A stretch of DNA of 64,000 nt from Nitratireductor sp. (GCA_017854535.1 JAFMHL010000001.1:27365-91364); one strand, 5' to 3'; shown: positions 1-10,018, counted from the stretch's first letter. Numbers and translations are program-made. Notes: generated by a model from the sequence alone, not told the origin.

Positions 1-315
1 TATATTGGCTGGTCTTTTGGATTGCAAATATCTCTTGGCATTGGCTTTTTGATTTATCGGCGAGGGCATTTATCGAAACTTCCAAGGTCAGGTTATATGG
101 CTGGCATTATAGGCGGCCTCATTTCTGGCCTTGCTTATGCGCTCGCGATTTATGCGATGAGTTTGACAACTTTAGGGACGGTTTCTGCCATTCGAGAATC
201 CAGTGTTATTATTGCCGCTTTAATTGGAGCAATATGGTTTGGGGAGCGGACTTGGAAACCAAGATTGTTTTCAACCGGATTGGTTGCATTTGGTGTGTAT
301 CTTCTCGCCCAATAA
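1..315 (+). CDS. EamA/DMT-family transporter, C-terminal part (5' end outside window)
   Basis: Frame 1 is open from base 1 to the TAA at 313-315. It encodes three hydrophobic helices with an EamA-like C-terminal pattern (SAIRESSVIIAALIGAIWFGE). The TTG at 22 in the ORF track is internal. Confidence 0.6.
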   Translation, partial: YIGWSFGLQISLGIGFLIYRRGHLSKLPRSGYMAGIIGGLISGLAYALAIYAMSLTTLGTVSAIRESSVIIAALIGAIWFGERTWKPRLFSTGLVAFGVYLLAQ

Positions 316-436
316 GGTCCTTTGACCTCATAGGAATTTTGAGATTTTGAATGATAGCTAGCGCTCAATGACTTGCATTTATCGGGGCGGGTAGGCAACC
401 TTGCGTCATTAATTAATCGGGTTTGGATATATCGAA

Positions 437-1531
437 ATGACTAAGCAATATAATATCGCAGTTTTTGATGGTGACGGCATTGGCCCCGAAATTATGGCGC
501 CAACTTTAGTTGTGATTGATGCTGTTTTGGAAAAGATTGGCGCAATCAAATTTAAGTACGAACATCTTCCAGCAGGTGCCTTGCATTATACAAAAACAGG
601 AGAGGACTTGCCCGATAGTTCTGTCGAGGCTGCAAGAGCGGCAGATGCCATCTTGCTATCGGCCATGGGACTGCCGCATGTGCGTAAACCCGATGGCACA
701 GAGCTTACTCCGCAGATTGCTATCCGCATCAAACTTGGGCTTTATGCCGGGGTGCGTCCTGTAAAGATTGTTCCAAAACAGCCAACACCTTTGAAAGACC
801 CACGCTTGGAAACTGTAGATTTTGTCTTGATCCGCGAATCCACCGAAGGTTTGTTTGCTCATATGAATGAGGGCAAGGTCGTCAATAATGAATATGCAAT
901 CGAAACGATGCGCATAACCCGCAAAACCAGCGAGAAGCTTTTTGATTTTGCGTTTCGTTTGGCAGAGCAGCGGACCAAGAAGCTAGGGCGCAAAGGTAAA
1001 GTCACTTGTGTTGATAAAGCCAATGTGTTTGCTTCCTTTGCCTGGTTCCGGTCAATCTTCGAAGAACGTGCCAAGGCATATCCAGACATAGACCATGATG
1101 CTGCTTATGTTGACGCTTTCGCCATGTGGATGGTTCAGCGTCCTTGGGATTTTGATGTGGTCGTGACCGAAAACATGTTTGGCGATATCCTGTCGGATCT
1201 GGGAGCAGGCATTATCGGCTCTTTAGGCCTCGCGCCTTCAGCTGATATTGGTGATGAAAATGCATTGTTTCAGCCATGTCATGGAACAGCGCCCGATATT
1301 GTAGGTAAAGGTCTTGCCAATCCTATCGCGATGTTTCTCTCTTCGGCCATGATGTTGGATTGGATGGCTATCGATAAAAATGACCCGTTGCTGGCAAAAG
1401 GCTCAGAAATACTGGAAGCTGCCGTTAACAAGGTGATCACAACACGTATTGGCTTGACCAAGGATTTGGGCGGCGATTGCGGAACAGAAGGTTGCACGTC
1501 TGCCGTCTTGGCGAATATTGCACAGCAGTAA
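437..1531 (+). CDS. Isocitrate/isopropylmalate dehydrogenase-family oxidative decarboxylase (3-IPM / tartrate / D-malate dehydrogenase-like)
   Basis: 364 aa. N-terminal IAVFDGDGIGPEI, plus ENMFGDILSDL and HGTAPDIVGKGLANP, which are hallmark motifs of this family. Confidence 0.8.
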   Translation: MTKQYNIAVFDGDGIGPEIMAPTLVVIDAVLEKIGAIKFKYEHLPAGALHYTKTGEDLPDSSVEAARAADAILLSAMGLPHVRKPDGTELTPQIAIRIKLGLYAGVRPVKIVPKQPTPLKDPRLETVDFVLIRESTEGLFAHMNEGKVVNNEYAIETMRITRKTSEKLFDFAFRLAEQRTKKLGRKGKVTCVDKANVFASFAWFRSIFEERAKAYPDIDHDAAYVDAFAMWMVQRPWDFDVVVTENMFGDILSDLGAGIIGSLGLAPSADIGDENALFQPCHGTAPDIVGKGLANPIAMFLSSAMMLDWMAIDKNDPLLAKGSEILEAAVNKVITTRIGLTKDLGGDCGTEGCTSAVLANIAQQ

Positions 1532-1566
1532 TGCGGTTGGTCTTCGACGTATAAGGAGTATAAAAA

Positions 1567-2361
1567 ATGTCTGACATTTGGGAAATTTTTGCTCTGAAAT
1601 ATGCGGAACGCAATAGCAGAACTCGAAACGATAGTTTTGTTATGGATCCCAATCATGATCAGCCCCATGGTATGGATTATTTTGTTTGGGTTTTAAAAAA
1701 TGGTGAGCAGACTGTTCTTGTCGATACGGGATATGACAGCGAAGAAGCTAAAACGCGTGATCGGCCAATCCTTCAAGCGCCCGCATCTATGTTGAGTGCA
1801 TTTGGCGTTGATCCGACAAAAATTGAAACCGTTATTCTGACTCATTTACACTATGATCACGCTGGTTCGTTGAAAGAGTTTTCAAATGCTAAGCTGCATG
1901 TGCAGGCTAGTGAGATGGCTTTCGCAACCGGGTCCTGTATGTGCCATGATCATATTCGTATGCCTTTCACCGGCGAGCATGTGTGCGATATGGTGCGTTC
2001 GCTGTATCAGGGCAGGGTGCAATTTGCGGAAGGTTCGCGAGAAATTGCATCCGGCGTTGAAGTTCATCTAGTAGGCGGTCACAGTAAAGGGCTTCAATGT
2101 GTTCGGGTCCGCACCCGGCGGGGTTGGGTGGTGCTTGCCTCCGATGCGAGCCACTATTATGAGAATTATCGCGAAGGAAAACCTTTTCCAATTGTTGTTG
2201 ATCTTGATGACATGCTGAACGGGTTTGATCGGTTGCGCGAATTAGCTGACAGCGATGATCATATTATTCCTGGACATGATCCTTTAGTGCGTTCTCTTTA
2301 CCCTTCAGTTGTTGCAGGGGATGACCGAATTGTGCAATTGCATGCAAAGCCTAAAAATTGA
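1567..2361 (+). CDS. MBL-fold metallo-hydrolase (N-acyl-homoserine-lactonase-like)
   Basis: 264 aa. Carries the HxHxDH motif (LTHLHYDHAGS), a later GGHSKG and a C-terminal IIPGHD. Confidence 0.75.
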   Translation: MSDIWEIFALKYAERNSRTRNDSFVMDPNHDQPHGMDYFVWVLKNGEQTVLVDTGYDSEEAKTRDRPILQAPASMLSAFGVDPTKIETVILTHLHYDHAGSLKEFSNAKLHVQASEMAFATGSCMCHDHIRMPFTGEHVCDMVRSLYQGRVQFAEGSREIASGVEVHLVGGHSKGLQCVRVRTRRGWVVLASDASHYYENYREGKPFPIVVDLDDMLNGFDRLRELADSDDHIIPGHDPLVRSLYPSVVAGDDRIVQLHAKPKN

Positions 2362-2389
2362 GAAATTTATAATCAGGATCTAATCGAAA

Positions 2390-2680
2390 ATGTTTGCTGT
2401 ATTTGTTACCTTTGAAGTCAAGCCTGAGTTTCGTGATGTGTTCGTCAAGCGCATGCATCAGCAGGCCGAAGATAGTCTTGAAAAAGAAAAAGATTGCGGC
2501 ATTTTTGAAGTGTGGCTGGATAGCAAAACACCAAACCGTGTCCAGCTTTACGAAGTGTATATGGATGCGGCGGCGTTCGACATTCACCTGCAAAGTGCGC
2601 ATTTCAAGGATTTCGATGCCACGATTGGTGAAATGATTGTCTCCAAGACAATTTCGACCTTTGACCAGAAGCTATCTTGA
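2390..2680 (+). CDS. ABM-domain (antibiotic-biosynthesis / quinol monooxygenase-like) small protein
   Basis: 96 aa, with size and pattern typical of a ferredoxin-like ABM fold (FAVFVTFEVKPE...YEVY.D..AF..H). Lies 28 nt downstream of the MBL gene. Confidence 0.55.
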   Translation: MFAVFVTFEVKPEFRDVFVKRMHQQAEDSLEKEKDCGIFEVWLDSKTPNRVQLYEVYMDAAAFDIHLQSAHFKDFDATIGEMIVSKTISTFDQKLS

Positions 2681-2749
2681 TCTAAATCTCATACCTAGTT
2701 GTCCATAAATGGACTGCCACACCATCTTATCCAGTTTGGAAATTTTGCA

Positions 2750-3952
2750 ATGTCTTTGAACTTTGGACCAAAAATACTGGCCATTCCCGGGCCATCCGTA
2801 ATGCCTGAGCGTGTGCTATCTGCCATGCATCGCCCTTCGCCAAATATTTATGAAGGCGAATTGATCGAGATCACAGAGAGCATCTATCCTGATCTTTTGA
2901 CCGTTGCTCAAACCAAAGGACAGGTGGCAATTTATATTGCCAATGGACATGGTGCCTGGGAAGCCGCGTTACGCAATTTGTTTGTGGAAGGGGATAAAAT
3001 TCTCATTTTAACTACGGGGCGATTTGCGGCCAACTGGGGTATTCTTGCTGAAAGCATTGCTATTGATGTGCAGGTATTGAATTTTGGCATGCAAGGGGAT
3101 GCTGATCCTGCTAAAGTCGCTGAGATTTTAAACGCTGATAAAAACCACACCATCAAAGCAGTTTTAACGGTGCAAACGGATACCGCGTCATCGGTTCGCA
3201 ACGATGTTCCTGCATTGAGCAAATCGATTAAGGAAACGGGGCATCCGGCTTTGTTCATGGTGGATTGCATTGCATCATTGGGGTGCGATGAATTCAGAAT
3301 GGATGAGTGGCAGGTTGATGTAATGATTGCCGCTTGTCAAAAAGGGTTGATGACACCAGCAGGTATTTCATTTGTCTACTTCAATGATAAAGCTGCAGAA
3401 GCAAGAAAACGGGCAAAGCCTGGCCAATATTGGGATTGGACCCTTCGCGGGAAATCAGAACAATATTATCAAAAATTTTGCGGCACAGCCCCGACCCAGC
3501 ATATTTTCGGTTTGCGTGAGGCTTTGAATATATTGGTGCATGAAGAGGGCGTGGAAGCAGTTTGGAAGCGGCACGAAACCATTTCAACTGCTTATTGGGC
3601 TGCCATCAAGGCATGGGGTGAAGCAGGAGAATTGGTTCATAATATCTCCGATCCGTCCAAGCGCTCTCGTGCGGTTTCAACCGTCACAACAGGTGAGGGG
3701 GATGCCGCGAATATTCGAAAATGGACAGAGCAAAATGCTGGTGTGACCCTAGGCATTGGCCTTGGATTTGGTGAATACGGCACTTCTGAATTCAATCGCC
3801 GTTTTCGGATAGGGCATATGGGCCATCAGAATATCCATATGGTTATGGGTGTGATTGGTGCGATTGACTGTGCGTTGAAAGCTTTGAATATTCCTCATGG
3901 GGATGGCGCTATGGTTTCGGCAAGCAGAGTATTGGCCAATCACGGGCATTAG
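2750..3952 (+). CDS. Class-V PLP aminotransferase (serine/alanine--glyoxylate or pyridoxamine--pyruvate aminotransferase family)
   Basis: N-terminal IPGPSVMPERVL is typical of the AGXT family, as is the later ACQKGLM (PLP lysine context). The start was moved to the ATG at 2750 (MSLNFGP), in frame with the track ORF 2699-3952. Confidence 0.75.
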   Translation: MSLNFGPKILAIPGPSVMPERVLSAMHRPSPNIYEGELIEITESIYPDLLTVAQTKGQVAIYIANGHGAWEAALRNLFVEGDKILILTTGRFAANWGILAESIAIDVQVLNFGMQGDADPAKVAEILNADKNHTIKAVLTVQTDTASSVRNDVPALSKSIKETGHPALFMVDCIASLGCDEFRMDEWQVDVMIAACQKGLMTPAGISFVYFNDKAAEARKRAKPGQYWDWTLRGKSEQYYQKFCGTAPTQHIFGLREALNILVHEEGVEAVWKRHETISTAYWAAIKAWGEAGELVHNISDPSKRSRAVSTVTTGEGDAANIRKWTEQNAGVTLGIGLGFGEYGTSEFNRRFRIGHMGHQNIHMVMGVIGAIDCALKALNIPHGDGAMVSASRVLANHGH

Positions 3953-4053
3953 GCTTTGGATTAATGACACAATGCGAAATTTCATGTCGTTGTGGCGAAA
4001 GTGATCTGGTAAAAATGATCTAACTAGACTCTAAAATCAAAAAGGAGCCTACT

Positions 4054-5157
4054 GTGTCAGCTATTTTCCCTACCGCAAGGCTTCGCCCTTCCCCCTTTTA
4101 CGATTGTGTCATTGATGAAGGGATGGTTTCGGCCTCAGTGTATAATGGCATGATTTTGCCAACGGGTTTTGGGGATCCGGAAGCTGAGTATTGGCGTATC
4201 ATAAACGGCGTTTCGCAATGGGATGTAGGCGTTGAACGCCAGGTCCAGTTAAAAGGCCCTGATGCAGGGAAACTTGCGCAAATTCTTTCGCCGCGTGATC
4301 TGACCAAATGCAAAATAGGGCAAGGTAAATATGTGGCCCTTTGTAATCATCAGGGCATGGTCATCAACGATCCTATATTATTGAAACTTGCTGATGACCT
4401 GTATTGGTTCTCGATTGCCGATTCTGATATGTGGCTTTGGGCTAAGGCGATTGCTGCAGAGCGCGGGTTGGATGTTGAGGTCAGTGAGCCAGATGTTTCG
4501 CCCATGGCGCTGCAAGGGCCTAAAGCAGAAGATGTTGTAGCTCATGTGATGGGCGATTGGGTTCGCGACATCAAGTATTTCTGGTTCAAAGAAACTGAAA
4601 TTGAAGGAATTCCCTTAGCCGTGCAACGTTCAGGCTGGTCCAAACAGGGCGGCTTTGAGATTTATCTTCGCGATGGCACAAAAGGTACCCAGCTTTGGAA
4701 TATTTTCAAAGAGGCTGGACAACCTTGGGGCATTGGTCCGGGTGCACCTGCTACTTGTGAACGTACAGAAAGCGGACTGCTTTCCTTAGGGGGCGATACT
4801 GATGGTAACACCAACCCATTCGAAGTTCGCCTTGAGAGCTATCTAGATCTGGATGTTCCTGACGATGTGATCGGGATCCATGCGCTCCGCAAAATCAAAG
4901 CGGAAGGACCAAAACGCCACCAGCTTGGCCTTGTGCTGGAAGGGGAAACGCCTGCTCCACTGCGTTTTGCTTGGGAAGATATTGAGCTTGACGGCGTGAA
5001 AGTTGGTAAAATGACCAATGCTGCTTGGTCATATCGAATGAAAAAGAATATCGGATATGCGCTTATTTCTCGCGAGGCTCAAATTGGTCAGGAAGTGGTT
5101 ATCAAACGCCAGACGGGGGATACCGCGGCTACACTGGTCGAGTTGCCGTTCCTTTAA
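4054..5157 (+). CDS. GcvT-fold tetrahydrofolate-dependent aminomethyltransferase, DmdA-like (DMSP-demethylase family)
   Basis: 367 aa. GTG start 7 nt after AAGGAG. Blocks WDVGVERQVQLKGPDA, EPDVSPMALQGP and RSGWSKQGGFEIY match my memory of DmdA-type members rather than canonical GcvT. The substrate is not provable from sequence. Confidence 0.7.
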   Translation: MSAIFPTARLRPSPFYDCVIDEGMVSASVYNGMILPTGFGDPEAEYWRIINGVSQWDVGVERQVQLKGPDAGKLAQILSPRDLTKCKIGQGKYVALCNHQGMVINDPILLKLADDLYWFSIADSDMWLWAKAIAAERGLDVEVSEPDVSPMALQGPKAEDVVAHVMGDWVRDIKYFWFKETEIEGIPLAVQRSGWSKQGGFEIYLRDGTKGTQLWNIFKEAGQPWGIGPGAPATCERTESGLLSLGGDTDGNTNPFEVRLESYLDLDVPDDVIGIHALRKIKAEGPKRHQLGLVLEGETPAPLRFAWEDIELDGVKVGKMTNAAWSYRMKKNIGYALISREAQIGQEVVIKRQTGDTAATLVELPFL

Positions 5158-5163
5158 ACGCTG

Positions 5164-5715
5164 TTAAGCAGCAGGTAATTCAATTCCAATTTTCTTTATA
5201 AGCGCGAGGATGTTGTGAACGACTTCCTCGCGTTTTCCTTTTATATCCACTGTCATTGCCAGTTCAGTTTCATCGGGTCGTTCAAGGGTTGCGAACTGGC
5301 TGTCGAGTAATTTTGTGGGCATAAAGTGGCCTTCGCGGGCGGCCATTCTTTCGCCGATCAGTTCTTTGGAACCATCCAAAAAAATGAAGGTCACAGGTTC
5401 GCCAGCGGTTTGCGTAATTTTTTCGCGATAGGCTTTTTTCAAGGCGGAACATCCTGCAAACACCATGCCGCTTCTGGCGCCCATTTCCTTGCCAATGATT
5501 GTCAGCCAAGGCCAACGGTCTTCATCGGTTAGGGGCTGACCGTTGCTCATTTTCTCAATATTGGCTTTTGGATGAAAATGATCACCATCCATGAAGCTGC
5601 CTTGGGTTGCCTTTGCCAAAGCCTCGCCAATGGAACTTTTTCCGCATCCTGCAACACCCATTACGACGAACAGGCGCCAGGGCTTAGAGTGATGCTGTAA
5701 TGCCGCCGTCAACAT
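5164..5715 (-). CDS. gntK: Gluconokinase
   Basis: P-loop MGVAGCGKS followed by DGDHFHPKANIEKMSNGQPLTDEDRWPWL, close to the E. coli GntK/IdnK pattern. Overlaps the 3' end of the upstream SDR gene by 32 nt. Confidence 0.8.
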   Translation of the reverse strand: MLTAALQHHSKPWRLFVVMGVAGCGKSSIGEALAKATQGSFMDGDHFHPKANIEKMSNGQPLTDEDRWPWLTIIGKEMGARSGMVFAGCSALKKAYREKITQTAGEPVTFIFLDGSKELIGERMAAREGHFMPTKLLDSQFATLERPDETELAMTVDIKGKREEVVHNILALIKKIGIELPAA

Positions 5716-6457
5716 AAAGCGTATGTCCGTTCACAAAGCTGGAGGCACTGGATGACAGAAAGATGCAAGCGCCGACCAGCTCGTCGACATTGCCCCAACG
5801 ACCTGCTGGGGTGCGTTTTTCAAGCCAAGCACTGAACTCAGGATCAGCAACCAATGTCGCATTTAATGGTGTATCGAAATAGCCGGGCGCAATAGCATTG
5901 CATTGGAGGCCATGCTTGGCCCAGTCTGTTGCCATGCCTTTGGTGAGATTACCAACAGCACCCTTGGTGGCGGTGTAGGGCGCTATCCCGGGGCGGGCGA
6001 GGGATGTTTGCACTGAGGCAATGTTGATGATCTTACCTGCACCCCGTTTGATCATATGTCGGGCGACTGCCTGACCCACATTGAATACACTGGTGACATT
6101 TGTTGATAGAAGCTTTTCGAACATCTCAGGAGGGAAATCCTCAAGGGTTGTCCTGTGCTGCATGCCAGCATTGTTGACCAGAATATCTATGGAGCCATGG
6201 TTTGCTTCATATGTATCCACGGCAGATTTCACAGCCGCATGGTCGGTTGCGTCAAAGGCGAGCGTATGCACATGCGCGCCATTTTCTCTCAACGCTTTGG
6301 CTGCAGCTTCCAGCTTTGCCACATCGCGACCATTTAAAACTATCTCAGCACCTGTCTCCGCCATTCCCTTTGCCAGGGCATAGCCGATCCCTTGTGATGA
6401 ACCGGTGATCAGCGCACGCTTGCCGCTAAGATCAAATAATTTAAGTCCTTTGGTCAC
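5684..6457 (-). CDS. idnO: SDR, gluconate 5-dehydrogenase / 5-keto-D-gluconate reductase-like
   Basis: 257 aa. GKRALITGSSQGIGYALA, an SDR YxxxK motif, and a C-terminal RTPAGRWGNVDELVGACIFLSSSASSFVNGHTLYVDGG that parallels E. coli IdnO/Gno. Confidence 0.7.
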   Translation of the reverse strand: MTKGLKLFDLSGKRALITGSSQGIGYALAKGMAETGAEIVLNGRDVAKLEAAAKALRENGAHVHTLAFDATDHAAVKSAVDTYEANHGSIDILVNNAGMQHRTTLEDFPPEMFEKLLSTNVTSVFNVGQAVARHMIKRGAGKIINIASVQTSLARPGIAPYTATKGAVGNLTKGMATDWAKHGLQCNAIAPGYFDTPLNATLVADPEFSAWLEKRTPAGRWGNVDELVGACIFLSSSASSFVNGHTLYVDGGITASL

Positions 6458-6599
6458 GAAATGTCCTTTTGTTTTGTATTTCGAATGGGTAAGCCTTGTA
6501 GAGTCGAATTGTTGTCAGTGTTGAATTTTGCGCTTGTCGTGTCAATTGAAACCATGGCGATGGCAGACTGCCTGTATAGACAAAATCTGGGGAAATGTG

Positions 6600-7631
6600 A
6601 TGCGTGCCATTGTAGTTCATAATGCAAAAGATTTGCGGGTTGAAGAAGTTGCCAATGAAGCACTTGGAGCAGGGCAGGTAAGAATAAAACTTGCTGCCGG
6701 CGGCATATGCGGATCCGATCTGCATTATTACAATCATGGCGGATTTGGAACTATTCGTCTCAAAGAGCCGATGATTTTGGGCCATGAAGTCTCTGGTCAT
6801 GTTGTTGAAATTGGCGCGGGTGTTTTTCATCTAGCTCTTGGTGATCTTGTTGCTGTTTCTCCATCGCGGCCCTGCGGTGATTGTCAGTATTGCCAAAAAG
6901 GTCAGCAAAATCATTGTGAAAATATGCGATTTTATGGCTCGGCCATGCCGTTTCCACATATTCAAGGAGCGTTTCGGGAGGAGCTGGTAGCAGAGGCAAA
7001 TCAATGCATAAAAGCTGATGGATTGTCTGCCGGAGAAGCGGCAATGGCGGAACCTTTGGCGGTTTGTTTGCACGCTACCCGCCGCGCAGGCGAGATGATG
7101 GGCAAACGTGTTTTGATCACAGGAAGTGGCCCAATTGGAACCTTGTCTTTGTTGGCAGCAAGAGCTAGCGGGGCGACTGAAATTGTGGTCACTGACCTAA
7201 CCGATGAAGCATTGGCTTACGCTAAAAAGCTTGGCGCTGATAAAGTTATCAATACTCTTAATGATCCTGATGGCCTTAAGGCTTATCAAGCGGGAAAAGG
7301 GTATTTTGACGTTCTGTATGAATGCTCTGGTGCTGCGCCCGCATTAGCGGCAGGCATCGTTGCTATGCGTCCGCGAGGCGTCGTCATGCAGTTGGGGCTA
7401 GGCGGGGATATGACCATCCCTATGCAGGCATTGACGGCGAAGGAGCTAGACCTAAGAGGATCATTCCGGTTCCATGAAGAATTCGCCATGGCGGTCAAAA
7501 TGATGCAGCTGGGGCAAATTGATGTGAAACCGTTGATTTCTCATTCGCTGCCTTTGGAAGATGCAGTGGCAGCTTTTGAACTTGCAAGTGACCGCACCAA
7601 AGCCATGAAAGCGCAGATTAGATTTAGATAA
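6600..7631 (+). CDS. idnD: Zn-dependent MDR dehydrogenase, L-idonate 5-dehydrogenase-like
   Basis: 343 aa from the ATG at 6600. GGICGSDLHYY, GHEVSG, MRFYGSAMPFPHIQGAF and AEPLAVCLHA parallel E. coli IdnD. Divergent from idnO-gntK. Confidence 0.65.
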   Translation: MRAIVVHNAKDLRVEEVANEALGAGQVRIKLAAGGICGSDLHYYNHGGFGTIRLKEPMILGHEVSGHVVEIGAGVFHLALGDLVAVSPSRPCGDCQYCQKGQQNHCENMRFYGSAMPFPHIQGAFREELVAEANQCIKADGLSAGEAAMAEPLAVCLHATRRAGEMMGKRVLITGSGPIGTLSLLAARASGATEIVVTDLTDEALAYAKKLGADKVINTLNDPDGLKAYQAGKGYFDVLYECSGAAPALAAGIVAMRPRGVVMQLGLGGDMTIPMQALTAKELDLRGSFRFHEEFAMAVKMMQLGQIDVKPLISHSLPLEDAVAAFELASDRTKAMKAQIRFR

Positions 7632-7736
7632 GGTTGTCCGCCAAGTTCAAATTTCAAAGATACAATTCGGTCTGGGTGCAAAAATGGAGACGCACTCACG
7701 ATCTTTAAAAAGAAAGAATAATGGGAGAGAGATTGA

Positions 7737-10016
7737 ATGTCAGATGATCGCGAAAAGAAAAAGAAGGACCGCCAAGCAGCGCTAAACTATCACGAGTTTC
7801 CCAAGCCCGGAAAACTTGAAATCAGAGCAACAAAGCCAATGGCTACGGGCCGCGATCTTAGTCTTGCATATTCTCCGGGTGTTGCTGAAGCCTGTTTGGA
7901 AATCGAGAAAGACGCATCCACGGCAAGCCGGTATACTGCCAAGGGTAATCTGGTTGCGGTTATCTCGAATGGTACAGCCGTTCTTGGGCTTGGCGATATT
8001 GGCGCGCAGGCTTCCAAGCCCGTTATGGAAGGTAAGGCGGTTCTCTTTAAAAAGTTCGCGGGCGTCGATTGTTTTGACATCGAGGTCAACGAAGATGATC
8101 CGGTAAAACTGGCTGAGCTGGTTTGCAAACTTGAGCCTACCTTTGGCGCGATTAATCTTGAAGATATCAAAGCGCCTGATTGCTTTATTGTGGAGCGTAT
8201 CTGCAAAGAAAAAATGGGCATTCCTGTTTTTCATGATGATCAGCATGGCACGGCGATTGTTGCTTCTGCCGCTGCAATCAATGGTCTGCATCTATCTGGC
8301 AAAAAAATCGAGAACATTAAAGTTGTTGCGTTAGGGGCAGGGGCAGCTGGTATCGCCTGTTTGAAAATGTTGATGACTTTGGGTGTGAAGCACGAGAATA
8401 TTTTGATGCTGGACAGCAAGGGAGTTGTTCACAAACAACGCAATGGTCTTACTGCTGAAAAAGAAATGTTTGCTCAAGACACAACGCTTCGCACCATTGA
8501 TGAAGCACTTGAAGGCGCTGATATGTTTTTGGGCGTCTCAGGGCCAGGTTTGCTAACCTCCAAGATGGTAAGCCGGATGGCAAATAATCCGATGATCTTT
8601 GCCCTTGCTAATCCTACGCCTGAAATCATGCCGGATGAAGCCCGCAAAGGTTCGCCCAATGCATTGATCGCAACGGGACGGTCGGATTTTCCAAACCAAG
8701 TAAACAATGTGCTTTGTTTCCCTTTCATTTTCAGAGGCGCGCTGGATGTGGGCGCCACGGAAATCAATGATGAAATGAAAATTGCCTGTGTCGAGGCGAT
8801 TGCTGGACTAGCGCGCGCAGTAACGTCTGCAGAAGTTGGTGAGGCCTATCGCGGTGAGCGCCTCACATTCGGGCCGGAATATCTGATCCCAAAACCGTTT
8901 GATCCGCGGTTGTTGCCGACCATTGCATATGCAGTTGCTAAAGCCGCTATCGATTCAGGTGTTGCCACCCGCGATCTTGATTTGTCGACTTATAAGGAAA
9001 GCCTGCAAGGGCAGGTGTTTAGATCATCCTTGATCATGCGTCCGGTTTTTGAAGCGGCAAGAAGCGCCAATCGCAAAGTGGTGTTTGCCGAAGGCGAAGA
9101 CGAACGGGTCTTGCGCTGCGCTCAAGCTATCGTTGAAGAGAAGGTCGATAGACCGATTTTGATCGGGAGAACGGAAGTAATTGAAAGGCGGTTGGAGCGA
9201 CTTGGCCTAGCCATCAAGCCAGGTAAGGATTTTGAAATCGTCAATCCGGAATATGATGAGCGGTATCGCGATTATTGGCAGACCTATCATACTTTGAATG
9301 AAAGACGTGGCGTCACACCCGATCTTGCAAAAGCGATTATGCGGACGAATACCACTGCCATTGCTGCAGTGATGGTTCATAAAGGCGATGCGGATAGTAT
9401 GATCTGCGGCGCTTTTGGCCAGTATCAATGGCATTTGAACTATATTCGGCAAACACTGGCTACAGATGAACTTAGCCCAGCTGGTGCGCTGTCCTTAGTG
9501 ATCTTGGAAAATGGTCCACTGTTCATCACCGACACCCATGTGAATATTGAACAGGAACCTGAAACCTTGGCCCGGACCGTGATTGCCGCCGCGCGTCATG
9601 TACGCCGGTTTGGTGTGGTACCCAAAATCGCCCTGTGTTCAGGTTCTCAATTTGGCAATTTGGACAGCCGATCCGGCCGGGTTTCGCGCGGCGCGCTTGA
9701 TATTCTTGATGCTCAGGATTTGGATTTTGAATATGAGGGCGAGATGAATTCTGATGCTGCGCTGGATGCTGATTTGCGCGCGCGCCTGTTCCCGAATTCA
9801 CGTTTGACTGGAAGAGCCAATGTGTTGGTCTATGTAAATACAGATGTGGCTGGTGCGGCCCGCAACCTCTTGAAGTCTGTTGCAGGCGGACTGGAAGTTG
9901 GGCCAATTTTGATGGGCATGGGTAATAAGGCGCATATCGTTACGCCATCTATCACCGTTCGTGGCTTGTTGAATATTTCAGCCTTAGCTGGTTCAGACGT
10001 TTCCAGTTACGGATAG
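7737..10016 (+). CDS. maeB: NADP-dependent malic enzyme (malic enzyme domain fused to a PTA-like domain)
   Basis: 759 aa. N-terminal ALNYHEFPKPGKLEI and LAYSPGVA, with a C-terminal phosphate-acetyltransferase-like half. This is the classic MaeB architecture. Confidence 0.9.
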   Translation: MSDDREKKKKDRQAALNYHEFPKPGKLEIRATKPMATGRDLSLAYSPGVAEACLEIEKDASTASRYTAKGNLVAVISNGTAVLGLGDIGAQASKPVMEGKAVLFKKFAGVDCFDIEVNEDDPVKLAELVCKLEPTFGAINLEDIKAPDCFIVERICKEKMGIPVFHDDQHGTAIVASAAAINGLHLSGKKIENIKVVALGAGAAGIACLKMLMTLGVKHENILMLDSKGVVHKQRNGLTAEKEMFAQDTTLRTIDEALEGADMFLGVSGPGLLTSKMVSRMANNPMIFALANPTPEIMPDEARKGSPNALIATGRSDFPNQVNNVLCFPFIFRGALDVGATEINDEMKIACVEAIAGLARAVTSAEVGEAYRGERLTFGPEYLIPKPFDPRLLPTIAYAVAKAAIDSGVATRDLDLSTYKESLQGQVFRSSLIMRPVFEAARSANRKVVFAEGEDERVLRCAQAIVEEKVDRPILIGRTEVIERRLERLGLAIKPGKDFEIVNPEYDERYRDYWQTYHTLNERRGVTPDLAKAIMRTNTTAIAAVMVHKGDADSMICGAFGQYQWHLNYIRQTLATDELSPAGALSLVILENGPLFITDTHVNIEQEPETLARTVIAAARHVRRFGVVPKIALCSGSQFGNLDSRSGRVSRGALDILDAQDLDFEYEGEMNSDAALDADLRARLFPNSRLTGRANVLVYVNTDVAGAARNLLKSVAGGLEVGPILMGMGNKAHIVTPSITVRGLLNISALAGSDVSSYG

Positions 10017-10018
10017 AC

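Noticed and set aside
1279-1668. 129-aa minus-strand ORF spanning the IPMDH / MBL gene junction
   Set aside because: It overlaps two well-supported plus-strand genes and has no recognisable domain.
7782-8291. 169-aa and 143-aa minus-strand ORFs antisense to maeB
   Set aside because: They sit inside the strongly supported malic-enzyme domain and have no motifs, so they are shadow frames.
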